A stretch of DNA of 57,072 bases from Opitutaceae bacterium (GTDB taxonomy: Bacteria; Verrucomicrobiota; Verrucomicrobiia; Opitutales; Opitutaceae): NCBI GenBank assembly GCA_041689285.1, contig JBDNGL010000315.1, positions 1 to 57,072 on the forward strand. Direction: 5' to 3'. This document shows positions 8,439 to 16,787 of the stretch, in pieces. The translations under genes and the position numbers were made by a program. The first letter of the stretch is position 1, and every line of letters begins with the position of its first letter. The notes below the pieces were generated by a model. The model was not told where the DNA came from. It did no database searches and saw only the letters and a program-made list of their open reading frames with translations.

Positions 8439-9632
8439 ATGCCTCCCGCCCAGCCCTCCGCCTCACCCTTCCGCCGTGCCACCGCCGCCTTCGCGCAGTG
8501 GGTTGATTCCGATTACTGCCCCGGCGGGGCCGAAAAAATGCGGGCCGAGCCCGACCGCGTGGACTGGATGCGCGTGATGCCCTTTGTGTTTCTGCACCTC
8601 GGCTGCCTCGGGGTCATCGGGGTGGGGATTAGCCCCTTTGCCGTGGGCATGGCCGTCGCCCTCTACTTCATCCGGATGTTCGCCGTCACGGGCGTGCATC
8701 ATCGCTACTTCTCGCACAAGACCTACAGCACCTCACGGTTCGGCCAGTTTCTTCTGGCGCTCTTCGCCGCCACCACGGTCCAGCGCGGTTCGCTCTGGTG
8801 GGCCTATCATCACCGGCACCACCACCAGCACAGCGACGACCCCGAGGACGCCCACTCCCCGCACGTGCACGGCTTCTGGTGGTCGCACATTGGCTGGATC
8901 ACCAGCCGCCGGAATTTCCCCACCGACTACACCAAGATCAAGGACCTCGCGAAATACCCCGAGCTCGTTTGGCTCAACCGCTTCGATCTGGTCGTCCCCA
9001 TCCTTTTCGCCGCTTCGCTCTTCGGCTTGGGCAGTCTCCTCGCGACCTACGCGCCCGGTCTCGGCACCAGCGGCGGGCAGCTGCTCGTCTGGGGTTTCTT
9101 CATCAGCACGACGTTCCTCTTCCACGGCACGGGTTGCATCAACTCCATGGCCCACCTGATGGGCCGGCGACGCTTCAACACCAACGATGATTCGCGCAAC
9201 AGTATCATTCTCGCCCTCATCACACTCGGCGAAGGCTGGCACAACAACCACCACCGCTAGCAGAGCTCGACGCGCAATGGTTTTTACTGGTGGGAATTCG
9301 ACCCCACCTACTACGGCCTGAAGCTGCTCGCCTACACCGGCTTCATCTGGGGCCTGAAACCCGTGCCGCAGTCCGTACTGGATGAGGGTGCCCATGCCGA
9401 CCATTACGCCTCCGTCGCCGCCGCCCGCCGCGCCGCCACGCTGCATCCGGAAATCTCCTACGCCACGCTGAAAAAAGTCGTGCCCGCCGCCGCCGCCCTC
9501 GCCGTGGCCACCGCCACAGCCGCCCAAGCCACCTTGCCGGAAAAGCAAGCGGGGCCAGCCCTGCACAAGGATGTGAGCGAACTGGCCCACGAGATGCAGG
9601 CCAAGACCCAGCCGAATCCGCCCACCAATTGA
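8439..9632 (+). pseudogene. Acyl-CoA/acyl-lipid delta-9-type fatty-acid desaturase interrupted by an in-frame TAG at 9258..9260
   Basis: His boxes are present: HHRYFSH, HHRHHHQHSD, GEGWHNNHHR. A TAG follows, then the same frame continues QSSTRNGFYWWEFDPTYYGLKLLAYTGFIWGLKPV... to the stop at 9632 (track ORF 9363..9632 is in this frame). Homologues usually carry Tyr (TAC/TAT) where the TAG sits. Confidence 0.75.
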
Positions 9633-9659
9633 ATCCGTCCCTTTAGTTGACCCGTATTC

Positions 9660-10994
9660 ATGGGGACTGATTCCAAACCCATGACCAAACTCGCCATCAT
9701 CGGCACCGGCGTCGCCGGTCTGGGCTGCGCCCATTTCCTCCACCGCGACTGCGATCTCACGCTTTTCGAGCAGAACACGTACCCAGGCGGCCACACCAAC
9801 ACGGTGACCACCCCCGAGCCCGGCACCGGCCGCAGCGTGCCCATCGACACCGGCTTCATGGTGTTCAACAAGGTCACCTACCCGCTGCTCACCCGGTTAT
9901 TCACGGAACTGCAGGTTCCGGTCAAACCAACCTCAATGTCCTTCAGTGTGCGCCACACCGATTCGGGCCTCGAATTCTGCGGCTCCTCCCTCAATCATCT
10001 CTTCGCCCAACGGCGCAATCTCTTCAGCCCGCGCTTTTATCGGATGCTGGGCGCCATCCGCCGCTTCAACCGTGAGGCGATGCAGTTCCTCGACGATCCC
10101 GCCATCCAAGAGGTCACCCTCGGCGACTACGTGCGCCAGCGTGGTTATGGCGGAGACTTTCTCCAGCTCTATCTCACCCCGATGAGTTCGGCAGTCTGGA
10201 GCACACCGCCCGACCTCATGCTCCAGTTCCCGGCGGTGAAGCTGCTGCGCTTCTTCCATAATCACGGTTTCTTCGGTATGCACACGCAGCACCCGTGGTG
10301 GACCGTGGAGGGTGGCGCCCGCGAATACGTCCGCCGCCTCACTGCCCCGTGGCACGACCGCCTGCAGCTCGGCGTCGCCGCCCGGCGGGTCGAACGCCGG
10401 CCTGAGGGTGTCCGCGTCCATACATCCACGGGGGAAATCCAGCGATTCGACCGCGTCATTCTCGCCTGTCACGGCGATCAGGCCCTGCAGCTGCTCGACC
10501 AGCCCACCGTGCAGGAAACCCGTGTGCTCGGTGAATTCCGCTACCAACCCAATATCGCCACCGTGCACACCGACACCACGGTGATGCCCCGCACCCGGCT
10601 CGCCTGGTCGAGCTGGAACTACGAGATCAACCGCGATGCCGCCGGCCGTAAATCCACCGCCACGCACTACTGGATGAATTCCCTACAAGGAGTCTCCGAC
10701 CGCGAAAACTACTTTGTCTCCATCGAACGGCCCGAGCAGATCGATCCGAAAAAACTCCTGCGGACCATCCATTATCGCCACCCGCTCTTTACCCTCGGGG
10801 CCAGCCGGGCGCAAACGGAAATGCCCGCGCTCAACGCCGCCGCGCTGGGGACGACGGAAACGTTTTTTGCCGGCAGCTACACCCGCTACGGTTTTCACGA
10901 GGATGCCTTCCTCAGCGCGGTCAAGCTCGGTGAACTCATCCTCGGCCGCGATCCGTGGCCGCACGCCGCCGCCCCCGCGCTCGTGACCGCCTGA
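9660..10994 (+). CDS. FAD/NAD(P)-binding oxidoreductase (amine-oxidase / phytoene-desaturase fold) of the lipid-modification operon
   Basis: Rossmann motif KLAIIGTGVAGLGCAHFL..LFEQNTYPGGH. It is followed by DUF1365 and CFA-synthase genes, a conserved arrangement. The alternative start ATG 9681 is equally plausible. Confidence 0.8.
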   Translation: MGTDSKPMTKLAIIGTGVAGLGCAHFLHRDCDLTLFEQNTYPGGHTNTVTTPEPGTGRSVPIDTGFMVFNKVTYPLLTRLFTELQVPVKPTSMSFSVRHTDSGLEFCGSSLNHLFAQRRNLFSPRFYRMLGAIRRFNREAMQFLDDPAIQEVTLGDYVRQRGYGGDFLQLYLTPMSSAVWSTPPDLMLQFPAVKLLRFFHNHGFFGMHTQHPWWTVEGGAREYVRRLTAPWHDRLQLGVAARRVERRPEGVRVHTSTGEIQRFDRVILACHGDQALQLLDQPTVQETRVLGEFRYQPNIATVHTDTTVMPRTRLAWSSWNYEINRDAAGRKSTATHYWMNSLQGVSDRENYFVSIERPEQIDPKKLLRTIHYRHPLFTLGASRAQTEMPALNAAALGTTETFFAGSYTRYGFHEDAFLSAVKLGELILGRDPWPHAAAPALVTA

Positions 10995-10995
10995 C

Positions 10996-11856
10996 ATGCC
11001 GTCCTGTCTCTACGAATGCGAGGTGATGCACGCGCGGTTCTCCCCGCGCGCGCACCGCTTCGTTTACCGCCTCTTTCTGTTCGCGATCGATCTCGACGAA
11101 CTGGAGACGCTGCACGGCCGCCTCGCGCTCTTTTCGTTCAACCGGCCGAATTTCTACTCATTCCGGGAGTCCGACTACCTGCCGACTCACGAACCCCTCC
11201 ACCCCATGCGCCCCCCCCCCAACCCCGTTTGTCATCTAATAGATGACAAACCGCGGAGCCTGAAGGAGCGGGTCGTCGCCCACCTCGCCGCGCAGGGTGT
11301 CGAGCTGAGCGGGGGGCGCGTGGTGCTCGTCGCGCTCCCACGCGTCTGCGGCTATCTGTTTAATCCGGTTTCATTTTATTTCTGCTACGACCGCGCCGGC
11401 GCGTGTGTCGCCGCGTTGAGCGAGGTCACGAATACCTTCCGCGAGATGAAGCCGTTTTTTCTCGGCCCGGCGACGCAGACGGAGGGCGCGTTCCGGCTGC
11501 GCACGCCCAAATATTTCTATGTTTCGCCGTTTTCCGACGTGGATGTGGATTTTGATTTCATCCTGCGGCCGCCCACCGAGCGACTGGCCGTGCAGATCGA
11601 CGATTATGTCGGCGGCCAGCGCACCCTCACGAGTGTCCTGACCGGCCCGCGCCGTGCGCTCACGAATGGCCGGCTGGCCTGGTTCACGCTGAAATACCCG
11701 CTGCTCACCCTCCGCATCATCGCACGCATCCATTGGCACGCCTTGCTTCTCTGGCTGAAACAGGTTCCTTGGTTTGCGAAGGCCGGACGCGCTGCGGAGC
11801 AGCGCGATCTCTACCGGCCGCACGCTTCCATCGCCCAACCTCAAGACGTCGCATGA
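10996..11856 (+). CDS. DUF1365 family protein
   Basis: Begins 1 nt after the upstream stop. The N-terminus CLYECEVMHARFSPRAHRFVYRLFLFAIDLDEL is characteristic of DUF1365, which is always found beside CFA-synthase-like genes. The family call is from memory. Confidence 0.7.
   Translation: MPSCLYECEVMHARFSPRAHRFVYRLFLFAIDLDELETLHGRLALFSFNRPNFYSFRESDYLPTHEPLHPMRPPPNPVCHLIDDKPRSLKERVVAHLAAQGVELSGGRVVLVALPRVCGYLFNPVSFYFCYDRAGACVAALSEVTNTFREMKPFFLGPATQTEGAFRLRTPKYFYVSPFSDVDVDFDFILRPPTERLAVQIDDYVGGQRTLTSVLTGPRRALTNGRLAWFTLKYPLLTLRIIARIHWHALLLWLKQVPWFAKAGRAAEQRDLYRPHASIAQPQDVA
11211..11251. repeat. C10 homopolymer (11211..11220) followed by a 25-nt perfect A/T-rich palindrome (11227..11251) inside the DUF1365 CDS
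   Basis: cccccccccc aacccc gtttgtcatct-aat-agatgacaaac: 11-bp perfect arms with a 3-nt centre. It encodes RPPPNPVCHLIDDK. Confidence 0.9.
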
Positions 11857-13148
11857 ACCGGGAATCCGCTTCGACCGCTTCCGCCGGCCTTCCGGTCGCC
11901 ACGATTTCATTCTGGCAGCGCCGAGTTCTGGCCAGCTTCGCCGGTATGACCCGCGGCCATCTGCGCATCGAGCTGCCTGCTGGCACGACCGCCACTTGCG
12001 GCGCGCCCCAGCCGGCCGCGGGCAGCTTGCCCACCGGCATACCGGACAACGCCATCATGCGAGTGCGCCGGCCAGTCTTTTTTCGCAAGTGTGTCCTCGC
12101 CGGGGACATCGGGTTTGCCGAGTCGTTCATAGACGGCGACTGGGACACCCCCGACCTCACCGCCGTCATCGCCTTCTTCATCCATAATTTCGATACCGCC
12201 CCCACGCTCTCCGGTTCGCAGCGTGCACAGACGTTCGCCCTCAACTTCCTGCGTCTCGCCAACCGCCTTGGCCATCTCCTGCGGCCCAACTCCCGCGGCA
12301 ATGCCCGGCGCAACATCAGCGAGCACTACGATCTCTCGAACGATTTCTTCGCCCTCTGGCTCGATCCGTCGATGATGTATTCCGCCGCCAAGTGGACGCA
12401 GCCGCACTTCACCCTAGAGGAGGCCCAGCGCGGAAAAAACGACGCGCTCTGTCGTTTGCTCCAACTCAAACCCACCGACCACGTGCTCGAAATCGGCACC
12501 GGCTGGGGCGGCTGGTCCCTGCACGCCGCCCGCACCTACGGTTGTCGAATCACCACCTTGACCATCTCGCAGCAGCAGCACGACTTTGCGCAGGCGCGCA
12601 TCGCCGCCGCCGGGCTCGCGGACCGGGTGCAGGTGGAACTGCGCGACTACCGCGACCTCCACGGCGCCTTCGACAAGATCGTCTCGATCGAGATGATGGA
12701 AGCCATCGGCCACCGCTACCTGCCCCATTTCAGTCGTGCGCTGGCCGCCAACCTGAAGCCCGACGGTCTCATCGCCCTCCAGTTCATCACCTGTCCCGAC
12801 CATCGTTACGCGCAGTTCCGCAACGGGGTGGACTTCATCCAAAAGCATATCTTCCCGGGCTCCCTGTTGCTCTCGCTCAACCGCGTGAACGACCAGCTCA
12901 ACCGCGCCGGTGGCTTCGTGCTCAATCACGTCGAGGATTTCAGCCACGACTACGCCCGCACCCTCCGCTTCTGGCGGGAAAACTTCCGCCTGCAGCTCGA
13001 CCGAGTGCGCGAACTGGGTTTCGACGAACGCTTCATCCGCAAGTGGAATTACTACTTGAGTTACTGCGAGGCCGCCTTTGCCCTGCGCAACATCGGTGTC
13101 GTCCACACCCTCCACACCCGCGCCAACAATCATCTACTTGAGCCATGA
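11853..13148 (+). CDS. Cyclopropane-fatty-acyl-phospholipid synthase family SAM-dependent methyltransferase (copy 1)
   Basis: Internal ATG 11853 overlaps the upstream stop (ATGA). Motifs: HYDLSNDFFALWLDPSMMYSAA, SAM motif VLEIGTGWGG, SIEMMEAIGHRY, and YLSYCEAAF at the C-terminus. Confidence 0.85.
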   Translation: MNRESASTASAGLPVATISFWQRRVLASFAGMTRGHLRIELPAGTTATCGAPQPAAGSLPTGIPDNAIMRVRRPVFFRKCVLAGDIGFAESFIDGDWDTPDLTAVIAFFIHNFDTAPTLSGSQRAQTFALNFLRLANRLGHLLRPNSRGNARRNISEHYDLSNDFFALWLDPSMMYSAAKWTQPHFTLEEAQRGKNDALCRLLQLKPTDHVLEIGTGWGGWSLHAARTYGCRITTLTISQQQHDFAQARIAAAGLADRVQVELRDYRDLHGAFDKIVSIEMMEAIGHRYLPHFSRALAANLKPDGLIALQFITCPDHRYAQFRNGVDFIQKHIFPGSLLLSLNRVNDQLNRAGGFVLNHVEDFSHDYARTLRFWRENFRLQLDRVRELGFDERFIRKWNYYLSYCEAAFALRNIGVVHTLHTRANNHLLEP

Positions 13149-13561
13149 TCCGTTTCTTGCGCCTCCTCTTCATCGTGATTCTTGCGGTCATGCTCTGGGG
13201 CACCGTGCGCGCCAGCCTGGCGCAAGCGCTTTTCGACATCCCGCGCGAGGTTTACACGAACCCGTGGTTTCAGGTCACGCTATTCGATGCTTATTTCGCG
13301 TTTCTGACTTTCTACGTCTGGATCGCGTGGAAAGAACAATCCCTCGGCGCCCGCGTGCTCTGGTTCATCGCGGTGATTTTGTGGGGTAATTTCGCCATGG
13401 CGACCTACATGCTGGTCGAGCTGTTCCGAGTCCGGGTTGATGCTCCGCTCGGCACCGTCTTCACCACACGCCACCCCGGCCACCTCGCTCTGCCGGCCAC
13501 CTTCACCGTGCTGGGGGTGGCAGTTTATCTACTCGGCGCCAAGAACCTGCTCTTCCCGTGA
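13145..13561 (+). CDS. Small integral membrane protein (DUF1475-like)
   Basis: 138 aa with 4 hydrophobic helices. The ATGA overlaps at both ends place it in the operon. The family name is from memory of this conserved cluster. Confidence 0.55.
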   Translation: MIRFLRLLFIVILAVMLWGTVRASLAQALFDIPREVYTNPWFQVTLFDAYFAFLTFYVWIAWKEQSLGARVLWFIAVILWGNFAMATYMLVELFRVRVDAPLGTVFTTRHPGHLALPATFTVLGVAVYLLGAKNLLFP

Positions 13562-14073
13562 TGGTGGATGCCACGAGCGCACCTTCCACCCCGCCGCGCG
13601 GCTTTTGGCAACGTCGGCTGGTTGATCCGCTCGTGGCTCAGCTGACGCAGGGCGTCACCCCCGCCAAGCTTTCCGCGACCCTCGCCGTCGGCACCGCCTG
13701 CTCGCTCTTTCCCTTTCTCGGCTTCACTTCGCTGCTAAATCTCGTTGTGGGGATACGGCTACGGATGAACCAACCGATCCTACAGACGCTCAACCAGCTC
13801 CTCGGGCCGCCGCATCTTGTCATGATCCTCGTATATGTGCGCCTCGGTGAATGGCTGTGGCAGGCCTCAGGCGAAAATTTTACGATCGGGGACATGCTCC
13901 GCACCTTTCGCGATGAAACCTTCACGGTCTTTCTAGCGCGGTTTGGTTGGGCTGGCATCCATGCCCTGACCGCCTGGACAGTCACCACCCCGCTCCTGAT
14001 TGCCGGAATCTATTACGGGCTCCGTCCGATCATGCAACGATTCGCCCGCCGGCGGCGCCCCTCCACCCCATGA
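13558..14073 (+). CDS. DUF2062-like membrane protein
   Basis: 171 aa. The motif PAKLSATLAVGTACSLFPFLGFTSLLNLVVGIRLRMNQP resembles DUF2062. It is translationally coupled on both sides. Confidence 0.5.
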   Translation: MMVDATSAPSTPPRGFWQRRLVDPLVAQLTQGVTPAKLSATLAVGTACSLFPFLGFTSLLNLVVGIRLRMNQPILQTLNQLLGPPHLVMILVYVRLGEWLWQASGENFTIGDMLRTFRDETFTVFLARFGWAGIHALTAWTVTTPLLIAGIYYGLRPIMQRFARRRRPSTP

Positions 14074-14864
14074 GCCCACTGCTATTAATTCTGTCTGCGA
14101 CCGCCGGCATGTGCCTCGCCTTTGCCGCCGTCTATCTGGTGGCACGACGGCTTGATAACTACGGCGTGGTCGATATCGCCTGGTCCTACGCCTTCGCCGC
14201 CCTCGCGCTTTTTTACGCGCTCGCCGCCCCCGGCTGGCCACTGCGGCGCGCGCTCATCGCCGCGCTCGCCATCGTCTGGAGCCTGCGGCTCGGCACGCAC
14301 CTCTACGTCCGCGTGATGGGTCATCATCCCGTCGAGGATGGACGCTACCTCGCCCTGCGGACCCGCTGGGCGGGCAACTTTGCCTGGGAGATGTTCAAGT
14401 TTTTTCAAATGCAGGCAGGGTCGGTCGTGCTGCTCGGCGCGGCCTTTCTGCTCGCCAGTCTCAATCCTCAAACCGCACTCCACCCGTTGGAAATCGCCGG
14501 CGCCTTGCTCTGGCTGCTCGCGCTCACCGGTGAAGCCGTGGCCGACCGCCAACTCGCCGCCTTTAAGCGCGCCGCGGCCAATCGCGGCCAAGTCTGCGCG
14601 GTGGGGCTCTGGCGCTACAGTCGCCATCCGAATTATTTCTTCGAGTGGCTGGTGTGGGTGGCGTTCTTTGTCTTCGCCCTGGGTTCACCTTGGGGCTGGG
14701 TCGCCATGATCGGTCCCGCCAGCATCCTCTACCTGCTCCTGCGCGTAACAGGCATACCGATGAACGAGGAACAAAACCTGCGCAGTCGCGGCGAGGCCTA
14801 TCGGCGCTACCAACAGACGACGAGCGCCTTTGTGCCGTGGTTTCCTAAAAAATCCCGCCCATGA
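14070..14864 (+). CDS. DUF1295 / steroid 5-alpha-reductase-ICMT-like membrane protein
   Basis: Internal ATG 14070 overlaps the upstream stop. It is polytopic, with the C-terminal motif WRYSRHPNYFFEWLVWVAFFVFAL typical of DUF1295/ICMT-like enzymes. Confidence 0.7.
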   Translation: MSPLLLILSATAGMCLAFAAVYLVARRLDNYGVVDIAWSYAFAALALFYALAAPGWPLRRALIAALAIVWSLRLGTHLYVRVMGHHPVEDGRYLALRTRWAGNFAWEMFKFFQMQAGSVVLLGAAFLLASLNPQTALHPLEIAGALLWLLALTGEAVADRQLAAFKRAAANRGQVCAVGLWRYSRHPNYFFEWLVWVAFFVFALGSPWGWVAMIGPASILYLLLRVTGIPMNEEQNLRSRGEAYRRYQQTTSAFVPWFPKKSRP

Positions 14865-15871
14865 TCGACGCCCTGCTGGAAAAAAACCTGCTGCCTGACT
14901 GGCTCATTCGCATCGGCATCCGCCGCCTGCTCGCCCAGCGCCTCCGCGAGGAATCCGCCCGCTACGACCGCGCGGCCTACGTCGCCGACCTGAAAACGCG
15001 CGCCCTCGCCGAGCAGACGGCCGCCGCCAACGAGCAGCACTACGAGGTGCCGACGCTGTTCTATCAAGACTGCCTCGGCCGGCACCTCAAATACTCCGCG
15101 TGTTTTTACGCCACCGGCACCGAGACCCTCGACGAAGCCGAGGCCGCGATGCTCGCCCTCTATGCCGAGCGCGCCCAACTCGTCGATGGCCAGGAGATTC
15201 TCGAGCTCGGTTGTGGCTGGGGTTCCCTCTGCCTTTATAACGCCGCCAAATTCCCCCGCGCGAAAATCACCGCCATCTCCAATTCGCGCACGCAGAAGGA
15301 ATTCATCGATACCGAGGCGCGCAAACGCGGCCTCACCAACCTCCGCATCCTCACTTGCGACATCAACGCCTTCGCGATCACCCCGAACCAGTTCGACCGC
15401 GTGGTCTCGGTTGAGATGTTCGAACACCTGAAGAATTATGAACAGCTCTTCCGGAACATCGCCCGCTGGCTCAAGCCCAGCGGCCTGCTTTTCACGCATA
15501 TCTTTACGCACAATCACCTGAGCTACCATTTCGTGCCCCGCGACGCGACCGACTGGATGAGCCGGTATTTTTTCACCGGCGGCCAGATGCCCGCCCACGA
15601 CCTGTTGCCGCAATTTCAGGACGACTTGAAGCTCGTGCAGGATTGGCGACTCAACGGCCGCCACTACCAACAGACCGCCGAGCACTGGCTGCAGAACATG
15701 GACCGCCACAAGGAGGAAATCCTCCCGCGCTTTGCCGATACCTACGGGCGTGAGCACGCGGTGAAATGGTGGGCCTACTGGCGCGTCTTTTACATGGCCT
15801 GCGCTGAGCTCTGGGGTTACCGCGGTGGCGAGGAGTGGCTCGTCAGCCACTATCTCTTCCGCAAGCCCTGA
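14861..15871 (+). CDS. Cyclopropane-fatty-acyl-phospholipid synthase family SAM-dependent methyltransferase (copy 2)
   Basis: Motifs: ANEQHYEVPTLFYQDCLGRHLKYSACFY, SAM motif ILELGCGWGS, VSVEMFEHLKNY, and WRVFYMACAELW. The start overlaps the upstream stop. Confidence 0.85.
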   Translation: MIDALLEKNLLPDWLIRIGIRRLLAQRLREESARYDRAAYVADLKTRALAEQTAAANEQHYEVPTLFYQDCLGRHLKYSACFYATGTETLDEAEAAMLALYAERAQLVDGQEILELGCGWGSLCLYNAAKFPRAKITAISNSRTQKEFIDTEARKRGLTNLRILTCDINAFAITPNQFDRVVSVEMFEHLKNYEQLFRNIARWLKPSGLLFTHIFTHNHLSYHFVPRDATDWMSRYFFTGGQMPAHDLLPQFQDDLKLVQDWRLNGRHYQQTAEHWLQNMDRHKEEILPRFADTYGREHAVKWWAYWRVFYMACAELWGYRGGEEWLVSHYLFRKP

Positions 15872-16026
15872 GATGGTCTGTTAGTAATTCGACCCGATTC
15901 GTGGGTGGCGGGTCCACCGAGGTGCCCGGTTGAATCACGATCCCAGCAGCCCTGTCCGACGGGATTCGTGCAAGTTTCTTGGCAAGAGCTTGCTGCACCC
16001 CGCCGCGAAAGCCAAACATATAGCCC

Positions 16027-16779
16027 ATGATGCTCACCCGCTCGCTCGTCCTGATTTTCCTGCTCAATTGGTGGACGATCACCCTGCTGGCCGCGGATAG
16101 CATTTTGGAACAGGCGGCGGCGGCTGAAGCGAAGTTCGATTCACGACGCGCCCTTGAGCTCTACCAAACCGCCTTAAGCGAGCAGCCGGCCAGTGCCTTC
16201 GTGCTCCAGAAAATCGCCCGCCAATATTCTGATCTCGTCGAGGATCAACCCACCGTGGAGGCCAAGAAAACCTACGCACAGACTGCCTTGGATTTCGCGC
16301 TGCGTGCAGTCGCCCTCGAACCGGAAAATCCCGTCAACGTGCTCTCCCTCGCCATCTCCCACGGCCGTTTGGCGACTTACAGCGACACCCGCACGAAGGT
16401 GAAGTATTCCCGTCTGATCAAGGAGGAGGCCGAGCGGGCGCTCGCCCTTGATCCCGACTACGCTTGGGCCCACCATGTGCTCGGTCGCTGGCACTACGAA
16501 GTCGCCACGCTGGGTCGCACCGCGCGGCTCTTCGTGCGCCTATTCTACGGCGGCTTGCCCGCTGCTACCACCACCGAGGCGGTGCGGCATCTCCAGCGCG
16601 CCGTTGACCTCGAGCCCGAGGTCATCGCGCATCGGTTGGAGCTGGGCTTTGCACACAAAGCCGCCGGCGACTTGCCGGCCGCGCGCACTCAGTTTGAGCG
16701 CGGCCTCGCGATGCCCCCCAAGGAAAGGCACGACCGCGTCGCCCAAACCCGGGCGCGCGAGGCGCTGGCCAATCTCTGA
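16027..16779 (+). CDS. Exported TPR-repeat protein
   Basis: Signal-like N-terminus MMLTRSLVLIFLLNWWTITLLAA. TPR-like helical repeats are present (ALELYQTALSEQP, ALDFALRAVALEPENP, ERALALDPDYAWAHHVLG, LQRAVDLEPE). Confidence 0.6.
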   Translation: MMLTRSLVLIFLLNWWTITLLAADSILEQAAAAEAKFDSRRALELYQTALSEQPASAFVLQKIARQYSDLVEDQPTVEAKKTYAQTALDFALRAVALEPENPVNVLSLAISHGRLATYSDTRTKVKYSRLIKEEAERALALDPDYAWAHHVLGRWHYEVATLGRTARLFVRLFYGGLPAATTTEAVRHLQRAVDLEPEVIAHRLELGFAHKAAGDLPAARTQFERGLAMPPKERHDRVAQTRAREALANL

Positions 16780-16787
16780 GCCCGCGA

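Noticed and set aside
9258-9260. The TAG in the desaturase as programmed recoding (pyrrolysine or suppression).
   Set aside because: There are no pyl genes, suppressor tRNA or recoding signal in the window, and this lineage is not known to reassign TAG. A point mutation or sequencing error is the more economical explanation.
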